Shown: positions 1 through 11,038, counted from the first letter of the stretch. The stretch: DNA of 64,000 bases from Candidatus Binatia bacterium (GCA_963666315.2 CAXXHG010000038.1:32001-96000), one strand, 5' to 3'. The notes: generated by a model from the letters alone, not told the origin. Program-made: numbers and translations.

Positions 1-8
1 TGGCTGAG

Positions 9-1017
9 GTGATCTGCCTGCTCGCACCACTAGAATCGCACAGCACCGAGAGGCTGATTCCTCGGGTTCTGCACAGCGGAGAGGCGGTCTCTCTTGCTGA
101 GCAGAGTATCCTCGTGCAGCGAACCGGGGCACCCCTACCTGTGGTTGGGCGCATTGTCCCTATTGCAGACAAGGCCGGGCCACCCCAAGGGGCCATGCTG
201 CTCTTTCGAGATGCCTCAGAGCGACAGCGTATCGAGGACGAACTCCTGTCTGCAAAGGAGGACGCTGAGGCGGCCAACTGCCCCAAGACCGAGTTTTTGG
301 CCACCATGTCGCATGAACTCCGTACTCCGCTGAGTATCGTGCTTGGGTATACCGAATTGCTGGCTGAGGGAGAATTCGGACGCTTGCTCGACGCCCAGGC
401 TGAGACCTTGCAGCGGATCACACGTAGCGCCCACGAACTGCTCGACTTGATTACTGCCGTGCTCGATCTTGGGCGTTTGGATACGGGCCAGATGCCGGTA
501 GATATGAAAGAGATCAACCCGGCTGATTTACTGCAAGAGATCAAAACAGAAACGCAAGACCTGGAAAAACAATCTGGACTCTAAGGTGGTCTGGAGAGTG
601 AAGCCGGATCTGCCTCTCATTCATATTGACCCCTGGAAATTGAAAGTGATTGTGAAAAATTTAATCGGTAATGCGGTCAAGCTTAGCGAGTCAGGCGGAG
701 TGAAAGTCGATGCCCAGGCCAGTGGGGAAGGTGTTGAGATCCGAGTCGAGGATACCGGGAAAGGCATCCCCCAGGATTCGCTCGTAGAGATTTTTGAGCT
801 TTTTCGACAGCTTAAAAATACGTCAGCACGACATTTGAACGGGACGGGGCTGGGCTTGCACATCGTCAAACGGCTGCTCGACCTTGTGGGAGGACAGGTC
901 GCGGTAGAAAGTGAAGTCGGACGCGGTTTGACCTTCTGTGTCTGGGTGCCGACCCCACATAACAAGCTAGGCCAAAATGACACGCAAGATGCGGAAGACA
1001 CGGACGCATCCTCCTAA
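9..1017 (+). pseudogene. Sensor histidine kinase (PAS/PAC-HisKA-HATPase_c), 5'-partial and split by a frameshift at ~582
   Basis: H-box FLATMSHELRTPL in ORF 9-584; N/G boxes (NLIGNAVK, VEDTGKGI, GTGLGL, VESEVGRG) in ORF 586-1017. Removing one base in ctc-t-aag-gtg rejoins the frames. Confidence 0.85.
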
Positions 1018-1039
1018 TACCAAACAGACATTATCGACA

Positions 1040-2191
1040 TTATCGATAGGACGTATATTCCCGCCCGAAGGCTTCTCTGGCAACAATGCCCTTCATAATC
1101 TCGGGGGTCCCGTCCCCGATTTCGAGCCCGACGACGTCCCGCCAGCGCTGTTCTAGCGGGACGTCCATATTATAGCCGTAATGGCCGTGCAAGATCATGC
1201 AGGCGTGTATGGCTTCGGCCGACACCTTGGGGCCCAGCCATTTGGCCATGGCTGCTTCTTTGGTGTGCTTGAGGCCCTGGTCCTTTAACCACAGGCATTT
1301 GTATGACACTAGGCGCGCCGATTCGAGCATGGTCAAATGCTCGGCGACTTGAAACGCCACGCCCTCGAACGTGGCTAACGGCTTGCCGAAGACCTTCCGA
1401 CCCTTGGTATACTCAATCGTTTCGTCAATAGATTGCTGCGCGGCACCGATGCAGGCCAGGCCGATGATTGCGCGGTTGAAGTCAAAAGCGACCATAGCCT
1501 GATAAAAGCCTTTGCCTTCTTCGCCGACCAGGTTGCGGGCGGGAACGCGAACCCCGTCAAAAAATAATGATCCGCGTTGGGTCAACCGTTCCCCCGGAGA
1601 CTGGTATACCTGACGGCTCACGCCTGGCGCGTCGAGCGGCACGAGAAAGGCCGACACGCCGCGTGCGCCGGTGTCTCCGGTACGTGCAAACACAATGCAG
1701 GCATCCGCATAGCCGGCAAACGTAATCGAGGCTTTCTCTCCGCTGATGATATAATCATCGCCTGTTTTTTCCGCATGGGTAGTGATATTGGCAGCGTCTG
1801 AGCCCGCATTTGGCTCAGTCAAACCAAAGGCAATAATGGCATCGCCGGTGGCGTGTTGGGTCAACCATTCCGCCTGCACCTCGGGATGGGCATAATCCGC
1901 TAATAACTCCGAGGCAATGAGGCCGAGTTGGATATATAAACTGTAGTTGAAATCCCCCCGCGACAGTTCTTCGGTCATCAGCCCGCAGGTGACGTAGTCG
2001 GCCATCTGCCCGCCGAATTTCTCGGGCACGCGCAAACCCAATATTCCCAGTTGAGCGGCTTCCTTAATGAGTGCGCGCGGAATCTTCTCGCCGCGATCCC
2101 AGCGATGGTAGTTGGGCGCGAGTTTATCTTTAGCGTATTGGCGTAGGGTTTGTTGCAGTAAGAGCTGGTCTTCCGTGAAGGTAAAGTCCAT
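1040..2191 (-). CDS. Acyl-CoA dehydrogenase (cyclohexanecarboxyl-CoA dehydrogenase-like)
   Basis: MDFTFTEDQ start, FGLTEPNAGSDA, GEKASITFA, GHYGY...LEIGDGTPEIMK motifs. Confidence 0.9.
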   Translation of the reverse strand: MDFTFTEDQLLLQQTLRQYAKDKLAPNYHRWDRGEKIPRALIKEAAQLGILGLRVPEKFGGQMADYVTCGLMTEELSRGDFNYSLYIQLGLIASELLADYAHPEVQAEWLTQHATGDAIIAFGLTEPNAGSDAANITTHAEKTGDDYIISGEKASITFAGYADACIVFARTGDTGARGVSAFLVPLDAPGVSRQVYQSPGERLTQRGSLFFDGVRVPARNLVGEEGKGFYQAMVAFDFNRAIIGLACIGAAQQSIDETIEYTKGRKVFGKPLATFEGVAFQVAEHLTMLESARLVSYKCLWLKDQGLKHTKEAAMAKWLGPKVSAEAIHACMILHGHYGYNMDVPLEQRWRDVVGLEIGDGTPEIMKGIVAREAFGREYTSYR

Positions 2192-2290
2192 GCGTATTGT
2201 CCTGACGGATTGCCTTATCAATTGAAAGAATACGGCTCATGGTACGGACCGGGCTGAGACCGTGCAAGGTGGACGCGCTGTGTTCTGCCT

Positions 2291-3556
2291 CTACTGAAAC
2301 CGAGATAATGACCGCTGCAAAAGAGAGACAGGCAGCAGACGGATTGCACGTTTGAGGCGCCCGGTCTGAAAGAGCAGCACCACGAGCGTGATCCAGAACA
2401 CATGCACCCCGATAGCCGCAACCCAAAGAAACCAGGCCAGTTTTCGAAAGATGGAAGCTGCCAGAATAAAGATCGAATAGTCGCGACTGACCAAGCCGGA
2501 AAACATCTTTTGGAGCAGCTGGTCTTGCCACGTCGTCGCCTGGTTCTCGAACGTGTCCGTCTTCTGTGCGATCAGGACACAGGGGAAAGAAAAAACGGTT
2601 CCAGCCGCCAGCAGGCCGCCGAGAAAAAGGGCCGATTGTATTTCTCCTTGTGTCCAGACCGCAAAGCCGAGCCCGAGGAAGGTTGCAATATGCACGACTG
2701 TATCGAGTGTGATATCGAGCCATGCTCCAAGCGGCGATTCGAGGAATTTCATGCGAGCGACTTCGCCATCAACGCAGTCGACTATGGCGGACAGCTGTAA
2801 AAGCAGGGCCCCCAGCACGAAGCCCCAATAGCCTGCTTGAAAAAAACACGCAGCGCCGAGCAGACCGATGAGACAAGACAGCAGCGTGATCTGGTTCGGG
2901 CTGAGAGGCGTACGCAGGAGCAGCCGGGTCAAGGAGCGGGAGAGGGTTCGATTCAGATAGGTATCAACAAAACCGTCCCGCGGGTTCTCTAAAGAGCGCA
3001 GGAGGATGTCTTCGCCCCTCTGCACAGAGTCTGAAGAGGAGAGTTTATAGACTGAATGAGACGGCGCGGAAAACTCTGCGATCTTTTCCGCAGAGCCCGT
3101 TTCTTTTGCTGAGCCTTCGGATGCGTGGATTCGGGCGGCGAGTTTGAGCGCGGACCGATCGCGCGGACCCAGCAGGAGGGCATAGGTTCCGTCCTGTGCT
3201 TTGACTCCCCATGTCTCTCCTGATTTTGCCGTCCGATCGAGATTCTGCGCCAGGGATGGCTGAAAAAGCGTGTGGAGAGAAAAGTACAGACAGTGTTCGT
3301 GGGCCCCCGTAGGGAGTGCAGTCGGGATATCGGCAAGACGTGTCCAAACGACCTGTGCTGTCAGCCTTTTTTCATCTTTCAGCTCTTCCTGCAGCTGGGT
3401 GGTACCGGTGTCTCCCCGGGTCAGGATGTAGCACGTCTGTGCTCCTGCGCGTTGGGCAGTCAAAAGGGCACGCTTGAGAAGCGACACACCTCCAACTGAT
3501 GTCAAAGGAGAGATCTGGTTGGTAACAGGGATAAGAATGCAAGCGGCTGTGATCAT
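2291..3556 (-). CDS. CDP-alcohol phosphatidyltransferase family protein with a degenerate NTP-transferase-like N-terminus
   Basis: Signature DCVDGEVARMK...GAWLDITLD, SPNQITL, several transmembrane helices. Confidence 0.85.
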   Translation of the reverse strand: MITAACILIPVTNQISPLTSVGGVSLLKRALLTAQRAGAQTCYILTRGDTGTTQLQEELKDEKRLTAQVVWTRLADIPTALPTGAHEHCLYFSLHTLFQPSLAQNLDRTAKSGETWGVKAQDGTYALLLGPRDRSALKLAARIHASEGSAKETGSAEKIAEFSAPSHSVYKLSSSDSVQRGEDILLRSLENPRDGFVDTYLNRTLSRSLTRLLLRTPLSPNQITLLSCLIGLLGAACFFQAGYWGFVLGALLLQLSAIVDCVDGEVARMKFLESPLGAWLDITLDTVVHIATFLGLGFAVWTQGEIQSALFLGGLLAAGTVFSFPCVLIAQKTDTFENQATTWQDQLLQKMFSGLVSRDYSIFILAASIFRKLAWFLWVAAIGVHVFWITLVVLLFQTGRLKRAIRLLPVSLLQRSLSRFQ

Positions 3557-3790
3557 AATGCGAAGCTCTGAGGGACGGTAAATCGGTGATTATAAAGACA
3601 AGTGTGTTGCCTGGCAATTTCCCTCTTATAAATAATGCCTCGCAACGCCTCTCAACATCTCCTGAGCACGGAAGTTCCCAGATGCTCACACGTGCTCAGA
3701 TTCCGTGGTATGGAAAGCGCTGCGCGCGCAGTCCTCTTGTGGCTCAAAGAGGTATTTGGTGTAATAGCCCAGCATTACAAGGAGGCAGAT

Positions 3791-5011
3791 ATGGCACAGG
3801 AAGAGCTGAAGCACGTTCTGGATGGCTACAAGGTCCTTGATTTCACTCAGGTATTGGCCGGCCCGACAGTCACTCGGCTGATGGCGGAAATGGGCGCGGA
3901 GATCATCAAGGTTGAGCTTGCTCCGAAGGGGGATCTCTCGCGTGGCCTGCCGTTTTTGCGGGATGGTCGGAGCGGCTATTTTATCCAACAAAATAGGGGC
4001 AAAAAGAGTCTCTGCATGGATGCCAGAAATCCTAAGGGGTTGGAGATTTTGAAACAGCTGGTGGGGAAGGTCGACGTTGTTGTTGAGAATTTTGCGCCTG
4101 GGGCAATTGGGCGGCTCGGGCTGGGTTACGAAACGGTGAAACAGCTGAATCCACGTGTGGTGATGCGTTCGGTGTCGGCGTTTGGCCAAACCGGACCGCT
4201 CTCCAAGTTGCCTGGTTATGACTATATTGCGCAAGCCTATGCCGGCGTGACCTATATGATCGGCGAGCCTGACGGCGCGCCGTATTTCCCTATGCTGGGT
4301 ATTGGTGATGTCAGTACCGGGGTGCATGCCGTTGCCGCAATTGCCTGCGCGCTGCTGTATCGTGAACGAACCGGCAAAGGCCAGCATCTCGATATCTCGC
4401 TGCTTGACGCCTACTTCCACTGTCATGAGATGAACGTGGAGCTGTATAGTGCGAGCGGAGGGGCGATCAAACCCAAGCGGTCGGGCACGCAGCACTACGC
4501 ACTTGCGCCTATCGGTCTCTTCAAGGGGCGGGAAACCTATATTTTTATCATGGCCCTGGCCCACCAGTGGGTGCCCTTTTGTAAAGCCATAGGAAAACCT
4601 GAGCTGGCTGAGGATCCGCGCTTTGCGGACAATGCCGACCGGGTGAAGAATATATCCGAGTTTGTCAAAATCGTTGAGGCCTGGATTACTTCAATGCCGA
4701 GTGACGAAGCAGCGGTGCATGCCTTGGAGGAGGCGCGTATTCCGGTTGCCCCGGTGCTCTCGATCGAACAGGCCATCAACCATCCGCATCTCCAATACCG
4801 GCGCACGGTGCGACGGATAACTGATCGTGCGTTTGGTGAGGTCGACATCCCAGGTATGCCGCTCAAATTCTCAGAATTCCCAGAGGAGCTGTCCCTTGAC
4901 GCTCCCTTCTTAGGAGAACACAACGCGGATATTCTGACACATTATTTGTCGTATGCGCCGGATCAGATCCAAGCGCTGGAGGGCGAAGGCGTGCTCACCC
5001 GGGAGAGTTGA
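3791..5011 (+). CDS. Family III CoA-transferase (CaiB/BaiF)
   Basis: VLDFTQVLAGP, NRGKKS, DVVVENFAPG, APFLGEHN; GGAGG RBS before ATG 3791. Confidence 0.92.
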   Translation: MAQEELKHVLDGYKVLDFTQVLAGPTVTRLMAEMGAEIIKVELAPKGDLSRGLPFLRDGRSGYFIQQNRGKKSLCMDARNPKGLEILKQLVGKVDVVVENFAPGAIGRLGLGYETVKQLNPRVVMRSVSAFGQTGPLSKLPGYDYIAQAYAGVTYMIGEPDGAPYFPMLGIGDVSTGVHAVAAIACALLYRERTGKGQHLDISLLDAYFHCHEMNVELYSASGGAIKPKRSGTQHYALAPIGLFKGRETYIFIMALAHQWVPFCKAIGKPELAEDPRFADNADRVKNISEFVKIVEAWITSMPSDEAAVHALEEARIPVAPVLSIEQAINHPHLQYRRTVRRITDRAFGEVDIPGMPLKFSEFPEELSLDAPFLGEHNADILTHYLSYAPDQIQALEGEGVLTRES

Positions 5012-5161
5012 GGAATCGGCGGCGAGACGGGGGAGAGTGCGGGGACGAATGAGATTCTGCGCGGTGTGATTGGCGAGCGGGTGCTCGAGTTGCCCAGGAG
5101 TCGCGAGTGAGCCGCTAACCCAGTTCGGTGCATCTCCGGATACACGAATAGAGAGCCTGTT

Positions 5162-5866
5162 GTGACCAAGGAGCGAGCGATCACCACCATCCTCTTTGAC
5201 GCGGGTGGGGTGCTCGTTCATCTTGACTATTATTTCCTCACGCGTCGGCTGCGGGCTGCGGGGATTACTGTGATCTCACGTGATGTGCGTCGAGCCGAGT
5301 ATGCTGCCAAAGCAGAGATTGATCGCAGTTTTCGCGAGGTGCTCCCCAGCACTGACGAAACGCGCCGACAGCCTTACTTCTCCGTCCTACTCCAGCAGCT
5401 TGGGATAGAGGCGGGAGCAGCACATCGACTCCTTCAACAGTTTGATGCAGAACATCGAAAAGATAATTTATGGCGGCTCCGATTGCCTTCAACCCCACGT
5501 GTCCTGGCCGACCTATGTGCCCGCGGAATCACCTTGGGGGTCATCTCAAACGCGGATGGACGGATAGGCGCGATTCTTAAGACAGCAGGCATGGCGCATT
5601 TCTTCGACGTTATTATTGATTCGCACGTCGTGGGTATGGAAAAACCTGATCCTACAATTTTTCAGATCGCTCTGGATCGGATTGGGGTTAAAGCTGAGCA
5701 CGCCCTTTTCGTGGGTGACATCTATGCTATTGACGTGCTTGGGGCTGCACGGGCGGGGCTCCGGCCTGTTTTGTTTGACATGCTCGGCGAGTATAAGGAC
5801 GTGAGGTGCAAGAAGATTCAACATCTTCGTGAGCTGTTATCTTGTATTGAAGAAACGCAGCTCTGA
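5162..5866 (+). CDS. HAD-superfamily hydrolase (subfamily IA)
   Basis: LFDAGGVL, ISNADG, EKPDPTIF, FVGDIYAIDV. Confidence 0.9.
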   Translation: MTKERAITTILFDAGGVLVHLDYYFLTRRLRAAGITVISRDVRRAEYAAKAEIDRSFREVLPSTDETRRQPYFSVLLQQLGIEAGAAHRLLQQFDAEHRKDNLWRLRLPSTPRVLADLCARGITLGVISNADGRIGAILKTAGMAHFFDVIIDSHVVGMEKPDPTIFQIALDRIGVKAEHALFVGDIYAIDVLGAARAGLRPVLFDMLGEYKDVRCKKIQHLRELLSCIEETQL

Positions 5867-5885
5867 CAAAGACAGAGAGGGCGAT

Positions 5886-6635
5886 ATGGCAGACCGACTC
5901 AAGGGGAAAGTGACCTTAATCTCCGGCGGGGCGCGTGGACAGGGCGCTGTTGAGGGCGGGCTCTTCACCCGAGAAGGGGCCCAGGTTGTCCTAGCCGATG
6001 TTCTTGAAACCGAAGGGAGGCAGACCGCACGGGCGATCTGCGCTCAGGGTGGCGAGGCGACATTTGTGAAACTGGACGTGACACGTCCGGAGGATTGGCA
6101 AAAAGCGGTTGATACCGCAGTCAGCGTGTATGGCAAGCTCGATATCTTGATCAATAACGCCGGCATTCTGCAGATGGAAGGACTGGAAGACATCTCCCTA
6201 GAAGTGTGGGAACGAGTCATGGCGGTCAATTCGACCGGCGTGTGGCTAGGGATGAAGGCCGCGATTCCAGCCATGCGGAAAGCCGGCGGTGGATCGATTG
6301 TGAATATTTCATCCATTTCCGGCTTGGTGGGAACCGGCATGCAGACTGCCTACCAGGCGAGTAAAGGCGCGGTGCGGATTATGACCAAGACGGCAGCCGT
6401 GCAATATGCGCCTGAGGGTATTCGGGTGAACTCGGTGCATCCTGGTCCCGTTGATACACCGATGGTCTCAGGACTGGATAAAGAATTGTGGCAGATGTTT
6501 TTGAACAGCGTCCCGCTGCAGCGGGCGGGAACTGCGGAGGATATCGCTCTGGGCGTTTTGTATCTCGCTTCTGATGAATCGTCGTACGTGACCGGAACTG
6601 AGCTTGTCATTGATGGTGGCTTCACAGCTCGCTAA
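5886..6635 (+). CDS. Short-chain dehydrogenase/reductase
   Basis: GGARGQG, NNAG, YQASK, VNSVHPG, VIDGG. Confidence 0.92.
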   Translation: MADRLKGKVTLISGGARGQGAVEGGLFTREGAQVVLADVLETEGRQTARAICAQGGEATFVKLDVTRPEDWQKAVDTAVSVYGKLDILINNAGILQMEGLEDISLEVWERVMAVNSTGVWLGMKAAIPAMRKAGGGSIVNISSISGLVGTGMQTAYQASKGAVRIMTKTAAVQYAPEGIRVNSVHPGPVDTPMVSGLDKELWQMFLNSVPLQRAGTAEDIALGVLYLASDESSYVTGTELVIDGGFTAR

Positions 6636-6750
6636 AAGCTTGGCGAGTATGGCATCTCTATGAGAGTCGTTTGACACAGGCGACGGGCTTGGACTAGGAT
6701 GCGGACCTGCCGGTTCTCAATTGGTCGTAACCACCAAATAGGAGGGTTTT

Positions 6751-7536
6751 ATGGCGGACGGGAAAGTAAAACGGATGTGGGCGTTGCCAAATGCGGAATT
6801 GACGGTTCCTCAATCGCTGCTCATGCACGGTGGTTCCGAGGACCTGGTGACTATACCGTGTCCCGCGTATCTCATTGAGCACGACAAGGGTTTAGTCCTT
6901 TTCGATACCGGTTGTCATCCTGCGGTGGCTGATGATCCCGTGGCCCACTGGGGACCGTTTGCCGAGCATTTGCAGGTGTCCTATCCCAAGGAAATGCTGC
7001 TCGACAGGCAGATCCAAGCGCTCGGCTACAAGATGTCGGACATTAAATACGTCCTGATTTCCCACCTGCACCTCGATCACACCGGCTATATGCACGCCTT
7101 CCCGGATGCCAAATTCCTGATCATGCAGGATGAGCTGCGGTATGCCTACTGGCCCGATCCGCATCTGCGGGATGTGTTTGTGTTTAAGGACATCGTCCCC
7201 ACGCGTGGCTTCCAGTGGCTTGAACTGAACGGAGATTTCGATGTATTCGGCGACGGCAGCCTGAACCTGCTCAAGACGCCGGGTCATACGCCCGGAGAGA
7301 GTTCGCTGTATGTACGCCTGCCCAACCGCTCGATTCTTCTGGCTGGAGATACGCTGCATTTGCGCGAACAGTTCAATACGCTGTCAGGCATGCCGCTTGA
7401 TACAGATCCCACCCTATCGTCGTTGTCGATCCAGCGTATCCGGGCGATGCGCGACTTGCACGAGTGCACGGTGTGGATCGCGCATGATCCGGAAGACTGG
7501 GCCGAATTTCCCCACGCACCCACGCCGATCGAGTAG
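6751..7536 (+). CDS. N-acyl homoserine lactonase-family metallo-beta-lactamase-fold hydrolase
   Basis: SHLHLDHTG, TPGHTPG, LAGD, AHDP; AGGAGG RBS. Confidence 0.88.
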   Translation: MADGKVKRMWALPNAELTVPQSLLMHGGSEDLVTIPCPAYLIEHDKGLVLFDTGCHPAVADDPVAHWGPFAEHLQVSYPKEMLLDRQIQALGYKMSDIKYVLISHLHLDHTGYMHAFPDAKFLIMQDELRYAYWPDPHLRDVFVFKDIVPTRGFQWLELNGDFDVFGDGSLNLLKTPGHTPGESSLYVRLPNRSILLAGDTLHLREQFNTLSGMPLDTDPTLSSLSIQRIRAMRDLHECTVWIAHDPEDWAEFPHAPTPIE

Positions 7537-7550
7537 AGGGGCAAGCGACT

Positions 7551-8120
7551 ATGCCACTGTACGAATACCACTGCCCGGGGTGTGACTCCGTCTTTGAAGA
7601 GCTGTGTTCTTTGCACGAGGCGTCAAAGAAGAAGCCGTGTCCGAGCTGCGGCAAAAGGGCCCCCCGGATTGTATCGGCGTTTGCCATAGCGCGGGGGGTG
7701 AGTGGAGAGCCGTTCGATCCGGTGATCGCTTCTCAGAAAAATTCATCTGATCCACGCCCTTTGTGCATGCAACATGCACAGATTCCGCTGGCCTGCCATA
7801 TGGACGAATATTCGGTGAAGCGATTTGCCGCGCATGCGTCAGGACGTGGGAACGCATTTGACGACAAGCTGGCTGAGGCGAAGGAGGTGTGCAAACAGCG
7901 CGGACTTGCGCAGCCTAAGTACGCGCCTGCGACGCATGGGCATGATCATGACCACGGACACGCGCGTGGCCCTGATCGCAACTTCCGTCGGCATGGCCAA
8001 AGTCAGGTCAGTGCCACCGATGATAGACATGGCCATGCCCCCGCGGGCTCTCACCGCCACGGGAAAGGCAAGACCGAGAAGACCAAGACGCGGACCAAAC
8101 AGCAAATGCATGCGCATTAA
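7551..8120 (+). CDS. FmdB-family zinc-ribbon protein with His-rich C-terminus
   Basis: MPLYEYHCPGC...CPSCG...RIVSAF; tail HGHDHDHGH. Confidence 0.8.
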   Translation: MPLYEYHCPGCDSVFEELCSLHEASKKKPCPSCGKRAPRIVSAFAIARGVSGEPFDPVIASQKNSSDPRPLCMQHAQIPLACHMDEYSVKRFAAHASGRGNAFDDKLAEAKEVCKQRGLAQPKYAPATHGHDHDHGHARGPDRNFRRHGQSQVSATDDRHGHAPAGSHRHGKGKTEKTKTRTKQQMHAH

Positions 8121-8146
8121 GGTGCCCCTTGAGTGTGGAATAGTAT

Positions 8147-8176
8147 GAAAGGGCGACCGTTAGGTCGTCCTTTTTG
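8147..8176 (+). terminator. Intrinsic terminator
   Basis: aaagggcgacc-gtta-ggtcgtccttt hairpin followed by a T tract. Confidence 0.7.
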
Positions 8177-8273
8177 TTTTCGTGGTTTGAGGTAGACTGA
8201 ACCGCAAACTCGGTTTATCGGTTGTAAGCATGCTCCCGCACGCATGGGGGTGCAAATCAGGAGGGAGAGGGAA

Positions 8274-9131
8274 ATGGCAGACTTCGGTATCGTTACAATA
8301 CCCACCCACTATGCGATTCAACCCGTAGAATTTGCGCGCTGGGCGGAAGAGAACGGTTTTGAATCATTGTTCTTTGGAGAGCACTCGCATATTCCCAGTA
8401 GCCGCAAAACGCCTTTCCCCTTGGGTGGCGAACTGCCCCGATATTATAGTGAGTTCTATGACCCTTTTGTGGGACTTACTGCAGCGGCGGCGGTGACGCA
8501 AAAGCTCAAGGTGGGGACGTCGGTCTGTCTGGTGCCCGAACACCACCCGATCAACCTGGCCAAAAGCACGGCCTGTCTCGACCGTGTGTCGAATGGCCGC
8601 TTCCTCTTTGGCATAGGCGCGGGCTGGAATGCCGAGGAGATGGGCGATCATGGCGTCGCTTTCAAGGATCGCTGGAAAGAGACCCGCGAACGCGTGCTGG
8701 CAATACGGGAAATCTGGACCAAAGATGAAGCGGAATTCCACGGTCAATTTGTCAATTTTGACCCCATATGGTGCTGGCCCAAGCCGGTTCAAGCCGGAGG
8801 TCCGCCCATTTTGATGGGAGCGGACTCTCGGTGGGTGCCCAAGCGTATCGCCGAGTACTGTGATGGCTGGATTCCCATTGATCGACCTTATTTAGCAACT
8901 GGAGTAGCCGCCATTAGTGAGCAGATGGACCAATTCGAAAGATCTATGGATCAGTTTGATCTGAGTGTTCTCACCGGAGACGCCTTTGGGGGAAACTCCA
9001 TAGAAAGTCGCATTCCGGAGCTGATTGAAATTGGTGCGAACCGCATTCTGTTTCTTGTCACTCCTGACAAACCTGACGCGCAGTGGCCTATCCTAGAAAA
9101 GTACGCAAAGCTGATCAGGACGTTCCTGTAA
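8274..9131 (+). CDS. LLM-class (probably F420-dependent) oxidoreductase
   Basis: GFESLFFGEHSHIP, DPFVGL, GIGAGWNAEE, PKPVQ. Confidence 0.9.
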   Translation: MADFGIVTIPTHYAIQPVEFARWAEENGFESLFFGEHSHIPSSRKTPFPLGGELPRYYSEFYDPFVGLTAAAAVTQKLKVGTSVCLVPEHHPINLAKSTACLDRVSNGRFLFGIGAGWNAEEMGDHGVAFKDRWKETRERVLAIREIWTKDEAEFHGQFVNFDPIWCWPKPVQAGGPPILMGADSRWVPKRIAEYCDGWIPIDRPYLATGVAAISEQMDQFERSMDQFDLSVLTGDAFGGNSIESRIPELIEIGANRILFLVTPDKPDAQWPILEKYAKLIRTFL

Positions 9132-9137
9132 GGCCGT

Positions 9138-9635
9138 ATGCGCTTGGCTCGCTGCTCTCTTTTGACCGCTCTAGCCCTGTGTATAAGCATGCAGTCGGGC
9201 TGCTATTTTTCCGCGGGCGGAACAACCTTCCACCAACAGGCCGGCCCTAGCGGGAGCGGGTTTATTACTGCTATGGAAGAAAACGGACGCTGGGGGCTTG
9301 ACGGTCCACTGTCGCAAGTCGGTGATGTGATTGAGCGCTCGGTATATCGGTATTTTGTCAAAAGTCGATCGTTTTGCTTGTTCTCTTCCGAGCAGGACTC
9401 TCGTCTCGGAGCTCCGTATCCCTACGGGCGGTATAAAATCACTGCGATCCGAGAAGTGAAGACTGAAAAGCGGCGAGCAGCCTATCGTGCATTACTCCCA
9501 AGTGAGCGTCGATCCGGCATGAGGCGGTACTATATAAAGCCCGGTGTAGATAGACTAATCCGCGTTGACTATCATGGCTTGAACTGGCTCGAATTTAAAA
9601 CGAGCAACGGCTGCAGAAGGTCGCCTCGTACATAA
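9138..9635 (+). CDS. Hypothetical exported protein/lipoprotein
   Basis: Signal-peptide-like N-terminus ending QSGC; tightly packed in the operon. Confidence 0.55.
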   Translation: MRLARCSLLTALALCISMQSGCYFSAGGTTFHQQAGPSGSGFITAMEENGRWGLDGPLSQVGDVIERSVYRYFVKSRSFCLFSSEQDSRLGAPYPYGRYKITAIREVKTEKRRAAYRALLPSERRSGMRRYYIKPGVDRLIRVDYHGLNWLEFKTSNGCRRSPRT

Positions 9636-9648
9636 GGAGTAGGACTGC

Positions 9649-10067
9649 ATGGCTGAAGTCACAAATTTCCCTCGACCCGTTCCGAGTATTGACGATCAAG
9701 AGTTCTGGGATGGTTGCAATCGCGATGAGCTGCTCATGCAGCGCTGCAGTTCGTGCAAGAAATTTCGGTGGCTGCCGAAACCCATGTGCCCACACTGCAA
9801 CGCGCTAGAGCACGAGTGGGTCAAAATGAGTGGCAAGGGCAAGGTGTTCTCGTGGACGATTATTGTGCACCCGGTCCACCCTGCGGCAGTTGAGAAGGTG
9901 CCATATAATGTGGCCCAGGTGCAGCTTGATGAAGACCCGGATTTAATTTATGGTGACCAGCTTGGTGGACGTCAAGAATGAAGATATTCAGATGGACATG
10001 CCGGTCGAAGCAGTGTTTGTCGAGCACGAAACCTGGAGTGAAGATTGCGAAGTTTCGCCCTGTGTAG
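9649..10067 (+). pseudogene. Zn-ribbon/OB-fold (DUF35-type) protein with two +1 frameshifts
   Basis: FWDG...RCSSC...CPHC...GKGKVFSWT. The OB-fold continues MVTSLVDV...PVEAVF after ~9949 and PGVKIAKFRPV* after ~10031. Confidence 0.8.
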
Positions 10068-10075
10068 GACCGCGT

Positions 10076-10219
10076 ATGCAACTCGAACTCGAAGGCAAGA
10101 TCGTCATTGTTACAGGTGGCAGTAAAGGCAGAGGCCGCGCCGGGGCTGTTGGTTTTCTTGCCGAAGGCGCTGCTGTCCTCGTGCGCGCTCGAGGCCAAGA
10201 GTCCAGGGCCGAAATATGA
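10076..10219 (+). pseudogene. Truncated SDR N-terminal fragment
   Basis: [20 protein letters not shown] Rossmann start that stops after ~47 aa, abutting nadE. Confidence 0.65.
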
Positions 10220-11037
10220 GTCGTATGCCAACAAACCCGCGTCTCATGAAGCGCATCTTGTCCCCGTTCATCGTCAACGAAGTGCACAAAGTCGGCCTCA
10301 AGCGGATTGTTGTCGGTCTCTCCGGAGGCGTAGATTCGGCGCTGAGTACATGTCTAGCGGCTGAGGCGCTCGGGCCGGAGAACGTGCTTGCGGTAAAAAT
10401 GCCGTACAAGACTTCTAGCCAGGAGAGTATTGAACACGCGGACTTAGTAATTGCAGCGACTGGTATTGCGTCGATGACGGTTGATATCTCCGCCCAAGTT
10501 GATGCCTATTTTACGCGCTTCGCCGATGCCAATAACCTGCGCCGCGGTAATAAGATGGCACGCGAGCGGATGACTATTCTGTACGACCAGTCTGCACGCT
10601 GGGATGCGCTTGTGCTTGGTACGAGCAATAAAACTGAATTGCTCCTGGGCTATGGGACGCTGTTCGGCGATATGGCCTCAGCTCTTAATCCGCTTGGAGA
10701 CCTGTATAAGACCCAGGTCTGGGCGTTGTCAGACTTCGTCGGTGTTCCCAAACCTATTGTGACAAAACAACCCTCCGCAGATCTATGGGCTGGGCAGACG
10801 GATGAGGAAGAGCTTGGTTTTTCGTATCAGGACGTTGATGAGCTGTTGTACTTAATGGTCGATCAACGTTACTCAAGTGAAGAACTGCTTGCTGCCGGGT
10901 TCCACGCACCATTCATCGATCAGATCACCCAGCGCATCATGAACTCGCAGTATAAGCGCCGCCTGCCGGTGATAGCCAAGGTTTCCCAACGGACTATTGA
11001 CCGCGACTTTCGTTACGCCCGTGATTGGGGCCGCTAA
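10216..11037 (+). CDS. nadE: NH3-dependent NAD+ synthetase
   Basis: [48 protein letters not shown]. Confidence 0.95.
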   Translation: MSRMPTNPRLMKRILSPFIVNEVHKVGLKRIVVGLSGGVDSALSTCLAAEALGPENVLAVKMPYKTSSQESIEHADLVIAATGIASMTVDISAQVDAYFTRFADANNLRRGNKMARERMTILYDQSARWDALVLGTSNKTELLLGYGTLFGDMASALNPLGDLYKTQVWALSDFVGVPKPIVTKQPSADLWAGQTDEEELGFSYQDVDELLYLMVDQRYSSEELLAAGFHAPFIDQITQRIMNSQYKRRLPVIAKVSQRTIDRDFRYARDWGR

Positions 11038-11038
11038 C

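Noticed and set aside
3686-4564. Long antisense ORFs (also 16831-17679, 33163-33840, 39691-40374, 46690-47502, 58123-58782)
   Set aside because: They are shadows of well-supported genes on the opposite strand and carry no recognisable motifs.
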